Shown here: positions 45,601-59,000 of the stretch, one piece after another | Layout: each line of letters starts with the position of its first letter | Numbering within the stretch: the stretch's first letter is position 1 | DNA from: Lingula anatina | Taxonomy: Eukaryota > Animalia > Brachiopoda | Direction of reading: 5' to 3' | Length of the DNA stretch: 64,000 bases | Assembly (NCBI GenBank): GCA_051362555.1 | Contig: CM120640.1 | Coordinates: 44,246,788 to 44,310,787, forward strand | The notes under the pieces: generated by a model | Told to the model about the DNA's origin: nothing | Database searches by the model: none | What the model saw: only the letters and a program-made list of their open reading frames with translations | Program-made: the position numbers and the translations under genes

Positions 45601-48600
45601 GTGGGCAGACAACACGACAAGTGCTTATCGACAAGAATCTGATGCGCTTTGCAGGAAATCTACCGGATTTTTCAGAGGTCAAGAAAGATTTTAAAAATTC
45701 TTGAGACTATCTGATGGTGGTTTTCTGGATATCCAGGCAACATTGATTATGATAATTGACTGATTGTACGGGACTCTAGCAAGGCGACCAGTGATATCCA
45801 GGTTTTAAACAATTTTAATGACTTGATTGAACTGACCATCAGATGACCCTGAAATTAAACAAACTGACCACACCCACCTACAGTAGCACCCACAAGAATG
45901 GCAACGTTGTACCTAATGCCCATTTGCAAAAACCACGCGTGCGAGGTGCTACTCTACTCCAATGCATTGAAAATTATTCGCACATATCCAGTCAGAGCTG
46001 TGATGTGACATTACAGGTGCAGTCGTAACCAGAAAATCTGGCAACGTACAGAGAGCAGCCAGAATACTTTGGGATTCATGTTTTCAGGCAATGCAAATAT
46101 TTTTCTTCGTGTATCGAACTCACTGGGGTCTAAGTTATGTTTTGCCATTTCGACACCAACACGGTGTACCTGCATACATACACGCCGAATGATAACAAAA
46201 ACAGTAATAAAAGATAAACCATTTGATATCTGGGAGATAGGTTTCCGTGTAACATCAATACCTCCCATGGTTTCCATTATAAGAAACTCTTCTAGAAATA
46301 CTTCCAATGGCTGTACGAATAAGGAGTTTTGCCACATCGACAATGCGGTTTGACTCTTTGGTCTTTGCTTAAGGTGCTTGATCAACCACATAACTCAATC
46401 ATCTATTTTGTGGTACAAATGACTTTGTACTCCGTTAGGATGGCGAACCAGAGTATTATCAGAGTTGTTGAAGAACATATAAAAGTGACACGTTCATTCT
46501 TACTGATTGCAATTTGGAAACGGTTATTTATTTAGAGGCAATCTGCAAGCAAAACCATTTCGCAGACTGAAGGCAGATTGTTTGTATGTAGTGAAATTCC
46601 TTTGTGTGTAACTTGCTAGTTCCAAAACACAAGAAACAGTCTTACAGCGATAAAATCAAAGATATGCTGGAACACACATAGTCATGAACTGTCTATCAGT
46701 TCAAGTATCTGTTAAACCAGTCAAGTTTGATATTTTCAACAGGCACAAAGCAAATTAAGCAACATGCTTTAAACTAATCACCTGCACACAGTAGCCGAAG
46801 CGAGATTAGGTGATATCAATTTAAACATCAATATTCTTTGTGAATTGGTGTAATGCAGGCGCACAGATGTGCGTTCCTCGCGGAGCTATACATTTTTTTC
46901 TGAGGCTGCAAAACAGGCGGCGTGTAGCGTACATGAAAGGCAATTCCAAGAAACAAGGGGTTTCCTTTGCCACTCAGGCCTTGGCTCGTCTGGATTGCCA
47001 ACATGATAAAGAACATACTGGGTTTCCTGCTAGGGTGTTTCAACTTTTAGGCAAAGATTACTCCTAAAATACCTGACATCCAGCACCATATCCATAGAAA
47101 CAACTTCTTCGTTGCTGGATATATTCTGCTTTGCACTTTGGCGCAAAAAACGAAGTACTTTAACTTAACTCGACACTTTTTAGTGCATCAATATGGGCGT
47201 ACTGGTGAGTTCAGTCGTAGTGTAATCCATTATGTGGACTGAGCACCTGTTTGTCAGAAAAAAGGCCCTTGGAAAGGTAATTGAAGGTAGCCAACTCGTC
47301 AAGTTTAAACCGTGACCACCTTCGACAACCACGTGTGGTTGGTTGACAGCTAATGAGCCGCCGCCAAGGACCCTTCACACCACGGGAGCTGCGACAACCC
47401 GCGGAACAACTTAACACCACCGTTGACAGGTGACGGCTCATTACAAAGTAGAAAAATAAACACGTTATTTTATCAACGTAATCCCTGCGGTTGTGTGCAG
47501 TTTGTGTTGTTTTTTAAAAGTGTTTGGCTCCTCTGGAGGCCGTTACTTACACGATCATCTTTCTGTATTTTGAGCTTGACGTATGGGTGAAAGCGTGCAA
47601 GCGAAGTGCTTTAAATATTGCGACTTTTACTGAAATGGCCTCCTAGGGTAAATAAAACAATTATACTTTAAATGCTGGGAAGCAATTAGATTACAATAAA
47701 ACCCTTGCACATGCAAGTCTGCTGGTAGTGTCAAATACGCTTCTGAAACATCGTTTGATATATTGCAACTTTGTCACTTTGCCCCCTATTTCATGCGTTT
47801 TAACGAAGAGGTATGTTTAGAGAGCGCTCTTACATCTTCAAGTGACGATAAAACAATTTTACTTACTTACAACCGTTTCTTTCTATTTGGTACCTGGTTG
47901 TTATATCCCGTGCCAGTGGTAATAGACAAGTAGACAAGTTAGCCACGGCCTATACATTAAGAGATGTTGCGCTTATTTGACCATTCAGAAGTGTCAAGCC
48001 CTATAAAATCTGACGTGCTGGATTTAAATCACTCATTTCTATGATGTAAATACGCCTCAAGGGTGTTGTTTTTGAGTTTGGGGATTTATCTTATAATCAG
48101 AAGTACCGTTACTCGAATACAAAAAACAATATTTCATCGACAACATCTTTCACTGCAATGTTTAACACCACTACGGAAACAGCCAATTTCACCCTGGTTT
48201 TGCTTCCACTGCATTATTACATTATAATTTTACATGAATTTTGAAACACGATATTAAATTTAGTAAAAGAGAAACGTTTGTTTGACACAAAGCGTGGCCT
48301 GAATACCAATGTGCAGAAGAGACGGAAGAAGTCTAGGGCCTGAAGGCATAACCACCCCACTGAAAGTGACTTGGATAAATTAAATTTTTGCCAATCAGAC
48401 TTGTAGATTTTATCTCCCGCCGATTTAATTTGTACTTCTTGGTATCACTTTGCGCTCTTTGTCGCTAACTGAAGGACTAAATTCAGAAAAAGGTTTTTTC
48501 TGTGTTGTTTCCATTCTCCAGACCATTTTAAGATTTGAGGTGCGAACAATGTCTCTTGTTTCAGATCTACACGAAATGCGCTTTTCTCAACTATGTGAAT

Positions 48601-48975
48601 TCATAAGGAGCTTAAGAATGCTTTAGAATATCCAATAACAAAAACTGACATGTAGACATAACGTAAAAAATAGGGATAATTTGATCCAGGGTCTTGTATC
48701 CTTTTCGCATAAAACTTATGTCTGTACTCTGCTGGCCCAGTTTACAAAAGATGCCTGCCGAACGACCCAGAGTTATGTCAAACGGTTAAAAATATGGAAT
48801 TATGACAACAAACATGTTTACATAATCTGTAACAGTTTTAAAGAACAGTCTTTAGAGAAGCATATACTTGCCAGATGTCAGCCCTATAAATCTTTAACAG
48901 TACATGGGCGGGATACTCCAAACTGCAGCAGACGAAAACTGTGAGGTAAACTTTGCTTCGTTTTCGAAGGTTTAC

Positions 48976-49365
48976 CTTCTCTATATTCTATCTCTCTTTC
49001 TACCTGTATATCCCAGCTCTAATCACCTTTTAAGTTCCACAAGATATGCACCGTTCTTCCCTTTTCTCCTTCAGGTTTCCATGTGAGGGGGGCTCACTTG
49101 AATGTATTCACCAGTACTTTTAACTTCTCCCTCGGCTTGACTCAACGTCCTCCCTCCTCTCTCTCTCTCGGTGCGAATGCTGGGAGCTGCTGCAACCTAA
49201 AAGAAGCCAATAAACAACTACTCTCAATCTTACATTCACTTCATTGCGTTTAAGTAATCCCAGCCGTGCCTTGTGGTTTGTAAAGCAGCGTTATGCCTGG
49301 AAGCAGACGACTACTGGTATTTCCTCTCCTCCGCCAAAGCCCAGAGCCCTGATTGGTCAGAGGAG
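48976..49365 (-). promoter_or_regulatory. Candidate promoter and non-coding first exon for the collagen
   Basis: On the minus strand: CTGACCAATCAG (CCAAT box, about 49349-49360), GGCGGAGGAGAGG GC-box-like motif, purine-rich leader and a donor AAG|gtaaac at 48975. No transcript evidence. Confidence 0.25.
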
Positions 49366-52300
49366 TTCGTCTGGGAATAATTGATGTATATGTATGAAAA
49401 AATGGAAAATGGGTCATTTTAGGCGAACCGGGGTTCCTTCTTTCTCCATCGATTACACAGCTACAAACCCCTTCTATCTTTCTATCTTGCCCTCAGCCAC
49501 CGGATGCCTAACAACGATTTTTTGAGATAATGCTATCTTGGGCTTAGTTCATTGAGCTAAAACAAAGATGCAACAGGCACTTCAAGCAAGGACCGGTTGT
49601 CTCCCCAATGGTAAAATAACCAGACATACTCGTATCCTGAGTTTTGTAGATTACATATTTCACACGTTTAGAAAATGCGGCAACATTGAAAGACAAGCAA
49701 ACAGATTCATGATAACGAAAATGGCACGGCAATGTTTAGCATTCACTCGACCCAAAAGTGCATGACACGCGATGTGTATTTGTTTAAAGTATACACGGAA
49801 CAAAACATATGCAGGGCCTAATGTCACATACCTATTAGTTCGCCAACATTACAGCTGTCAAAATTGCGAATCAATATCCTGAACAAAAACACAGGTAGCT
49901 CGCGATAAGTAAGCCATGATGCGCGTTTGCTCTGAACGTCGCTTTTACACTCAATTAATCGAATTAATTTATTTTGACAGATGTCACCCTGTCCTTTGGA
50001 CCGTTGAGGGGAGTTTAAAGGTTGTCATCTCGAGTGAGACCAAGAAGCACTCCCTACGGTCGTTAATTGAGGTATCAAATATGGCAACAAATACTACACA
50101 CCAGACGAGGTGAGGTAAGTCGTAGTAAATGCCACGAGCTCCGACGATGAGCAGATAATAGCAGTATTCACAGTGGCCTGGCACTTTTGCTGTATCCTTT
50201 TCTATTGCGTGCACAATGATTTATTACAAAATGTCAAACAAAGGTTATCTCACAATGATGGGAATAAATATATCAAAATTCCTTCAGGCACGTGTTGCGT
50301 CGGACCTATGACGGCTGCAACTTTCCCTTGCCTAACACACTTTATGCATTGTTTCTTAAGTCTTAACTGAACCAGTATTCGCTGTATGTGTGTCATATAG
50401 TTTACAAAACTTTTATGCCGTTTGAGGCCAAATTATCTAATTCATGGTAAAAACTATTTTCTAGCACTATGCGCTTTTGATGAATATGATCTAAAGAAAT
50501 ATTTGCACAAACCATTATTTTGATACTCACTAAAACCAAATACACCCGTTTTTAATGTTCATAAAACAACATCACGATGAATCATCGTTATGAAATCCAC
50601 CTTAAATCAACTGAAAAATGAAACATATTTGATCAACGCATTTCCTGTCCTGTCTGAGTCTGCCCCGTTCCCATATTTGCTTAACTTCCATGTAAGCACA
50701 TATTGCGTCCGTCTGATTTATGGCCAGTTCGTTTCTTAAACAAATTTGACTTCGTGATTTCCAAATGGCTACTTCAAATCCGATATTACTCTCACCATGC
50801 CCTTCAAATTCGCACAAAGAACTTTTTGAAATGAAAAGCATCGAGTGTCGGCTTGACACCTGACTCTGATACAATATCAACAACGTCTGCAGACAAATCA
50901 ATGCCCAGACTGATACTTACGCCGTACCCCCGGACCCCGTGAATACTCGACTCAAAAGTGAAGTTATTATGACTGGTAGCCGGGGTTTAAACAAATGAAG
51001 TTTGCTTTGAAGCAATTGTTTCCTATGTCATACTGTATTTACATGTTACTTTAATTTCGCGTGCCATTGCCTTTTAAGTTTTTTCTTTGGCAAAGACCAG
51101 GTTATACAGTAGGGAGTAGCCTTACGTTTTAATCTTTACTATCCAATCATAAAACCCCCTATCCCGCAAAGTTCAAAATTCCTTTCTATTATTCACACGT
51201 TTAATGTTTTTCCATAAAAGTTTAATACTTTTATCGCAAAAACAATGCAAGCAATTGGCAGAACAGGCATACACAACTTTGAAACTACTCCCAATTGTCG
51301 AATAAAAAAAGACATTCAAAACAAGCATTTACACAAATATGTCAGTAGACAGCTCTAAGCGATGTGAAATTTAGATTGATTGAGTTAAATGATCCAACGA
51401 CAACTTGAGCCAATTCGTCTTTGTAAGCAAGTGACTGACCAAAGCTAGAGCTGTCTGATCAGGCTCAGTGGGTGTCACACAGAATGAACATTGCTGTGAT
51501 ACATGTACCCGTCCTCCGTGTAATAAGAAAAACGTGAGGGAAAATTCACGTGAAGGACTTAATTCTGTTGCCTTTTAATGATTGGGGCGCGTTTAAAATC
51601 GGGAGTTCCATCGCTCCTCTACGCGGCCTCTTCCCAGTGTGCATAAAATTTCCAGACATAATCCCCTTGCAGTTTAAGATTGCTCAGTAAGAGAATGAAC
51701 CGCATGAACTTTCCGTGGAGGTCTCTCTGTCTAGCTATCACCGTATAAGTTGTCACCCCGTAGTACCTCTTATCCGCTTTCCTGTATTACGCCACTTTAT
51801 ACGGCTTTCTCCCGTAAAAAAAGGTCATCCACTTTAATCATTTTTTTAAATACCCATTATGTGGAAAGTACAATCTAATTGGTTTTAATCCCCCTGCCTG
51901 CAGGTATAGATTTCCTTTGTTTCATTTCCTTATTATATGTTCAGAGGTTGACGACGGAAGTTGCTAAAATGCTTAGCAGGTTTCCTAACGTCATGTTACA
52001 GTGAAATTTATTTTAGGCACAAAACTAATAAACTGGAAACAAATTGAATCTATTTTAAGGACTAACGCCCAATCTTATTAAGAGAGTTAAGAGTCACAGT
52101 CAAGAATGCGTGGCTAAAGAGAGAGAGAGGAGGTAAAGAAGAATGAAGAGATTCAGGGAAATGACTACTAACGTAAACATGCTATATCGGTAATATTTCC
52201 ATCGGTTTGGGACTTTGTACCCTCACGAATACCAGTCAATCGACAAAAACGACAACCTTAGAGAGGTGAAGATGGATAGTTTTCACAGTAGCCGTGTTTT

Positions 52301-52867
52301 TATTCTCAAGGTCCATGAAAATCTCACATAAAAGCTTGAAACTCCACAGAACGAAGCCATCAGCGGCTTGTCCAGAGCGATTAGGAGGTTATGTTCTTCC
52401 AACCATGTGTCCTTAACTTTTGTATACTAATTAAGTGCATATTAATATTCTTAGACAAGGGGTTGTTGTACGGGTCTTCTTACATGTAAAACAAATACCA
52501 AAGCTATTCAATTACGGCTTCATTTTAATTAATGCTGTATAACATCTTTCTGATAATTTGGGATAGGCGTTTCACCTTACCTAGCATTCCTCTTTCCTAA
52601 TGTGCGACCTTGTATTTTTTCTACACTTTAAGTAGGGATAAGGATGATGTATGTACATAAAAAATACACAGAAGGTTCCATTCATCACGCCCTGAACTGA
52701 TCAAAACCACGACCTCCAGGTCATTGATCTATGGTTCGGAAATACCTCAACTGGAAGGAGTCGACAAATGTATTTAAATTTTCCCAAGAAAAATATGCAT
52801 CAAATATTTTTGCTGTTTATGGACAACGAATAGAGCTCTTGAACAGTAACATGCCTTACAGTATTCA

Positions 52868-53063
52868 GAAAGAGAGAGAGAGAGAGGGAGAGAGAAAGTA
52901 GATTTAAGACGAACTCACAGAAAGGCAAACAAACACAAATACAAACAGTGATAGTAACAGACAGACACACAAACAGATACGCAATCAGTTTGACAGACAC
53001 AGGCAGACAAAGTTGCACAATGAAATGGACATTGTGACAGGCAAACAGACACACAGACAGACA
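52868..53063. repeat. (GA)n followed by degenerate (ACAG)n simple repeat
   Basis: Direct observation. Confidence 0.8.
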
Positions 53064-56000
53064 GGGATTGGCTTCTGTATGGGAGAAGATCTAAGACTAG
53101 AGAAGACTAAACCCAATGTGTTAGTACGGCTGGAAGCAAGGCTACTTCAAAAAAATTAACACAGTCGGTGCTGATTTAACATAACCTTGAAAAATATGAA
53201 CACACATTTTAGAGTACAATTGAAACCGCAAAACTAATTCATTACAAACAGGTGATGCCATTAAAATTAACTAACGCTGGGGACTGTACTCCTACACAGC
53301 CTACACGCTGTCACCTTCAACCCAAAGAGACTGTAATGCATGGTGGCACCTGAAAATGTCGATTCTTTTGCCAGCTGAGAGAGCTAGAGGTCTAACAACG
53401 CTGCACTGTGTTTTCTGTGTTGATGGCGTCCCACACTTAAAGGCAGTGCTATTTTACTTAACCGGTCACCGCCTACGAACTCCAACCACCCCGACGCATC
53501 GAACCAAGATGTTTTGGGGGCGCGTTTACACCAGAAAGAACGGTCTGTGTTTCAAATTGTAATCATGGGATCGATAACATTCTGTTCAAGCTGTTCTAAT
53601 GACTTGTCGGTATGACAAACCTAGGAACTAAGTCATCGTGAGCTTATAACTACATGTCAGAACGTTCAAGACAGGTCAAGTGCGAATGCCTTTGGTTATT
53701 TAAACACCAGAGTGTGTCACTGACCCCACCAAACTTACATGGAAAAGATTTATGATGTATATATGTACGTTTATCTGTTATACGCATTCACATGTGTGAT
53801 ATATACTTAGGCGATTTGTGGTCAAATGCCTGTGAAAATGCTGATCAGTTCGCCAGATGACAATAAAACATTTTATCCCTATTTGCTTAAAATGAAAGAG
53901 AATGTCTAGGCTAGTTAGTATTCATATTTTTTTGTATCCATGTATTTCCTTTTTTCCCCAAAATCGGTGGGAAGGATATTAACGAAAAATGGCAACAGCG
54001 GTGGTTCTTGTCAACCATATAAGTCAGAATTTGACAAATTTCCACAATTTCTGCAAACCACTTGAAAAACACTCGACTTAAGCGTTGAAAACAATTACTT
54101 AATCATTCGAGACCGGAAAAATTTTTACACCCATGGATTTGTGTGCCACTTTTTAATCCTCGGGTGGGGCTGCCTGTGATACATGAGGACCATAAACCAG
54201 TATTTACAATGCATTAATCACAATCAATTTTAGACAAGTATTATGCACTGTGATGAAATTCCTGATATTTCCTGTATCGGACCAAGCAGCATTGCAGCAT
54301 GTGAAGAGACCATTGTATACACGTGACCTTAGATCGTGTCTGCTCTGTCGACGATAATTGTTGTTGAGTTAATTGATTCGCATGAAGAGACATTGCCTTC
54401 TTTGGCTAATATGAAAGTCACAAAAAGGACTGCGATTTTTTTTCAAAGTTTGGTGAGGTGAAGCAAGGTGAACAGGCGCGGTGGGTTTAAATAATGCGGA
54501 GAATGGGAATTATAACTGCCAGCGTTCTTCCTAATTGTGTTAGTGTGGGACGTTGCTTACACGATGTTTTGGCTGATAAAGGGTAATTCTTGAATGGTCT
54601 TGATCAGTGCCAGACTTTAATAATAACAACGCATTATTTTCTGATTCTATTCATGTGCCTCTGACTTACAGACCCCCCCCCCCTCAGAGACAATAAAAGT
54701 CATAGCACGGTTCTATTTTTGTATGTACAAGCCTTGCTTTCCGGATTTCTAGACAGACATGGAAATATGAATGAAATCAAAATGCATAAGGCAAATATTT
54801 GTGGTGCCAGAAAGGAACATGGAAATTTTTATGTTTGTCTTTTTCTCAAGTCTAAAAATTCCACACAAAGAAAAACGTAAATTGCCCCTGGCGATGCGAC
54901 ACCCGCTGTTGACTCTTACACTGTGGGGCAAAACTTATTAATAAGATAATAAAATATAACAAGAATATTTTCCACAGTGCACTTACGTGATTATTAATTC
55001 CATCTTTTGATGACTGTGTAGAGGTTTTTCATAAGTCCATTTTACTGACTGTGCTTTTCATTTAGTATTGGCTGTCATATGTTCAACTACTACATGTAGC
55101 ATTGCCAGCGCACCTTTAGAACTGTAATACAGCATGTACATGCACCGGTATATGTAATAATTAGACACTTCTGAAGTGAAACAAAAAGGAGTGAGACATT
55201 GCAATATTGCCATTTTTTGAGGAACATTTTCACTGTGAATCCTAGTTTGTTCAAGTAAACGTGTGAAGCTATATTATTAGCACATAACTCAAAACAACAA
55301 AAAAAGTTATTTGCTCCGTTTTGCATGCATGGCGCAGTGCGATGCACGGATTGTGCTTAGTGCTGGAAACAAGTGACTTAATTCTAAATTACAGAAGCCA
55401 ATTCCAGGTCATGGCCCGCAGGAATTACGACAAAATTGAACAAATAAATTGCAGAATCCTTTCGGGCCTTAGTCACTGTGGTTGCTTCTTAATTTCAGCT
55501 CTAGTTACAGATTGTGGACCTAACTGGAAATTAGGGTCACTTAAAAAACGGAAACCCGTTCTGCTGTCGCTTGTCAACGCTTACTGATTTAATTTCCCGC
55601 ATATGGTTTACTTCAGAGGATGCCACTCAATCTTAATTCACAACAAATAACGTGTATCCATTCTATGACGAAAGACTACAATGTATGTATGTACAGTGAG
55701 ATAAACTCACATTGGGATTGGAAAACTGTAATAAAAATCAATGATAAACAGACGGCATTTATGTCATTTTATGATTCAACACCTCATAATAACGAATAAG
55801 AATTGTGAAAGAGTTTCCGGAATAAAGATATATGGGAGAAAAGCTCGTATTAGACATATCGTGCTCGACAAAATGAAGACCGAAAACCATAAAGGCTGTT
55901 GTACAGTGCATATGTATACATTGCAGGTGGTATTCAGCTATAAGAAAAATGCTTATATAAATTAAATGCTCAGAGTTGATTTAGGCATGCTGTTTATTTC

Positions 56001-59000
56001 AAAAAACTAAAACACAAACGATTCTTTTGAATGTAGGACCAGTTATCAATTTCAAGCTCGTTTTTATATTCATCAAGAAAATGAGGTGTTTACAAGAAAT
56101 GTTAGGAATGCACAGGGAAATAAAGACGTAGAAAACAGCTGACATGGAAAGTTTGGCACAGGGGGGTTCGGGTCAACTTTCCGTGAAATAATTATTCAAT
56201 TAAAACCAAAATGTTCAAAAATGTCATTCGTTTGGAGATTTAACGACATTTCCAGATTTCCTTTAAAGCGTATTAATTCAAGAAAAAAGTTTTAGGTTTT
56301 GTTCTGAAATTCCAATGATCCACTAGCCACCTTAGTGCATTTTTTCAGTATGGTGAAAGTATAAAATATGCCAGCACAAGCTACCACAATATATCAATAT
56401 CCTCCATGATAATTTTCCGTAAGTAAACCCCCATAAACATATGTATATAATTTTACGAAATGACGAATTGCAGATATGAAGACAATTCATTGCCCTGCTC
56501 TTTCTAGCTTCCATCTCCCAAATCTGTAAATCAACCGATTCATTCTGAATTTCCTACTATATGCAACAAGAGCGTCCGCATACAGCACACCGAAGGCTCC
56601 ACTGTGCAGCCTTGTGCCTCCTGTTCATTGGCATGCGCGATGATCACTGTCGATAAATACAGAGCAATTTATTCTCGAATAAAAACTGCTCCCCTTAATA
56701 GATCTTAATACCCTACTTGGATCAAAAACCGGTGGAAGAACGCGAAAACATGTGGTACCTGTTTACCAGCTTAATGTAGAGTTTAGCGTCTCAGGCGAAA
56801 CAAGCCCACAAACTGGGCAAAAAATTGATTCTTTTACCGCGCAACAGGATAACGCAAACGCTTGGTCGTAGTACTTCACTTAAATTTGTCTTCGCTTAAG
56901 GAGGTTCTTTCGCTACAATAAATAGAAGCTGTTTTAACAACAGTTGATACTCTTTTGTGAAAAAAAAACTAGAGGTTATTTCCTTTCAGTACCGGATAAC
57001 ATTTGCATTCACATCAATTCAGTAAGTTTGAAAATAAATTCCTCATTTCCTTAAATGCTATCCTTCAACAGCTGGTTATTTCAACATTTCATTGCCTCTA
57101 AAGAATTCTTCGAAACGATACCTGAAGCTTACATCTATTAACCTTTACACAGGTATAATACAATCTGTTTCGCCGCCAAAACGACAAAATCATTGGCATA
57201 TATCCATTTTACTTTATGTTTTTTTACATTTCTACTTTTTTTATTCAGTTCCATACCCAAGCAGGAAGTTCATTCAGAAAGATCGTTTTCCAGCATGCGC
57301 AATAAAATAGCACCCTAAGGAAGTTCTGATCAACTGTTTGTAATTGTTGTACGTAGTGTACGTCTGTATACATGTGACCTACCTTCAGACCGTCTGTTTT
57401 AACATACAGATACGGTAACAGACAAAAAAAATGTGATGTTTGTAACGTAGGTTTGTGCCAAGAAAGCATGAGGCCAAACAGCTTCAGAAACGAGAATTCC
57501 GAAACATCCAAATTGCGCAATGGCGCAGTTTTAAAAGCATGTGGGAAAACGCTACGTTGATATGGATGTCACTTTCCTCGGTTTGTTGAAACCCCGTGCT
57601 TAGAGGCTTTCGGTGGGCAAGCGCTTCCACTCACGAGTACACGAGTTTATTGAGATGATGTTCCCTGCTGCTGCAGATTATTAAGCTAAATATATTAATG
57701 CAGCCGTCGATTTACAAAGAAAGAAAACCTGACTTTGAAAGTATATTTAAGTGGTTATGATTCAAGGTCAATTTGCTAGATCAAATTGCTTTGTATTATT
57801 TCACAGAATCTATAGAACCCTACATTTATATAGGACGAACTTAAAAGGGCACCTAACCTAAAATCTTTAACAACCCCCTCCCCCAATCCAACAACTGTCG
57901 ACACGACACTCCCACCTCTCTTCCACGTACATGTACTTCTGTCAGTCAACTATTCACGTTTATCTGAGGAACAGGTATTTTCAATCCCAACCACCACTCC
58001 AATCAAATCTGGCATTTCTTCAATCATAACAACATCATTACAAGCAATAAAAAGGGTCAGGTCATCAATAGAATCATAATACACTGCCAACTGTATTTTG
58101 TACTGACAGATTGGGAGCGATTCCACGTCTATGTTCAAGGTACCAAATGTGCAGTAATACTTTATCTCGAATTACCTAAAACCCATTCTTCAATGAAACT
58201 CTTGCACCTCAATTATGTGAAAATTGATGAACTCAAACTGTAGAGACAGAGAAAGGGTGTTCACAAGGGAGCAGAAACACGCCCCTCCAAAAAACTTGCA
58301 ATTCAACCTAAGCAATCTCGGCCATTGGTTGTATATCCTTCAGGTTCAGAATAGTTCAAATTACCTCACGACTGGCCACGCCTGCGGCTCACGTGAACGT
58401 ATTTTCTAAATGTTAAGATTCCAGTGTTAAAACAACTACCAGCCTGCGTATGAAGACCACACGTACAGTGATTAGTGCTGAACTGAAAAGGGGTTCCTTT
58501 GTTTCAGCAATTAGGTAAAATTTAAAATATATATACATTTATAATCAAAGTTAAGTTTCAGTGGGTGCCCACATTCCATCCACGTGAAATACCAGGGCAA
58601 GGCTTTCAGACCTCAACCATCACGTCAGACTTTGGCGCCCTAGTCGGAGATTAATTGATGGGGACAGTCGTCAAGTTACCTAAACTGCAACATTAGGCCT
58701 TTTTCAATATCCTGAAGCCGATACTTAAAAAAAGGCAGTCAATCTCTATACTAAGTAGGTGGGAAAAATGCTGAGCTGAAACACTCTGGTTAGATCAGGT
58801 GTCTTCAAGCATTCGTGAAGGGAAATTCTCGCCCGCGCAAAACCTAAAGACAGATTTCATGTACTAGATGGTTCTGAAATAAACTTCATTTAGGTGATTA
58901 TGGACGAATATTTTTTGTCAAAAATAACTAGCATTGCCAAAAAAGTACATTCTTTGTCCTCTGTTTCTAATTGTATAAGTGTTCCGTTGTACATCGCTCT

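Noticed and set aside
46011-46535. 126-aa ORF and neighbours
   Set aside because: No recognisable motifs or consistent splice structure; possibly decayed repeat.
57950-58230. Protein-like minus-strand frame with stops, possibly a decayed transposon ORF
   Set aside because: Too short and degenerate to assign by eye.
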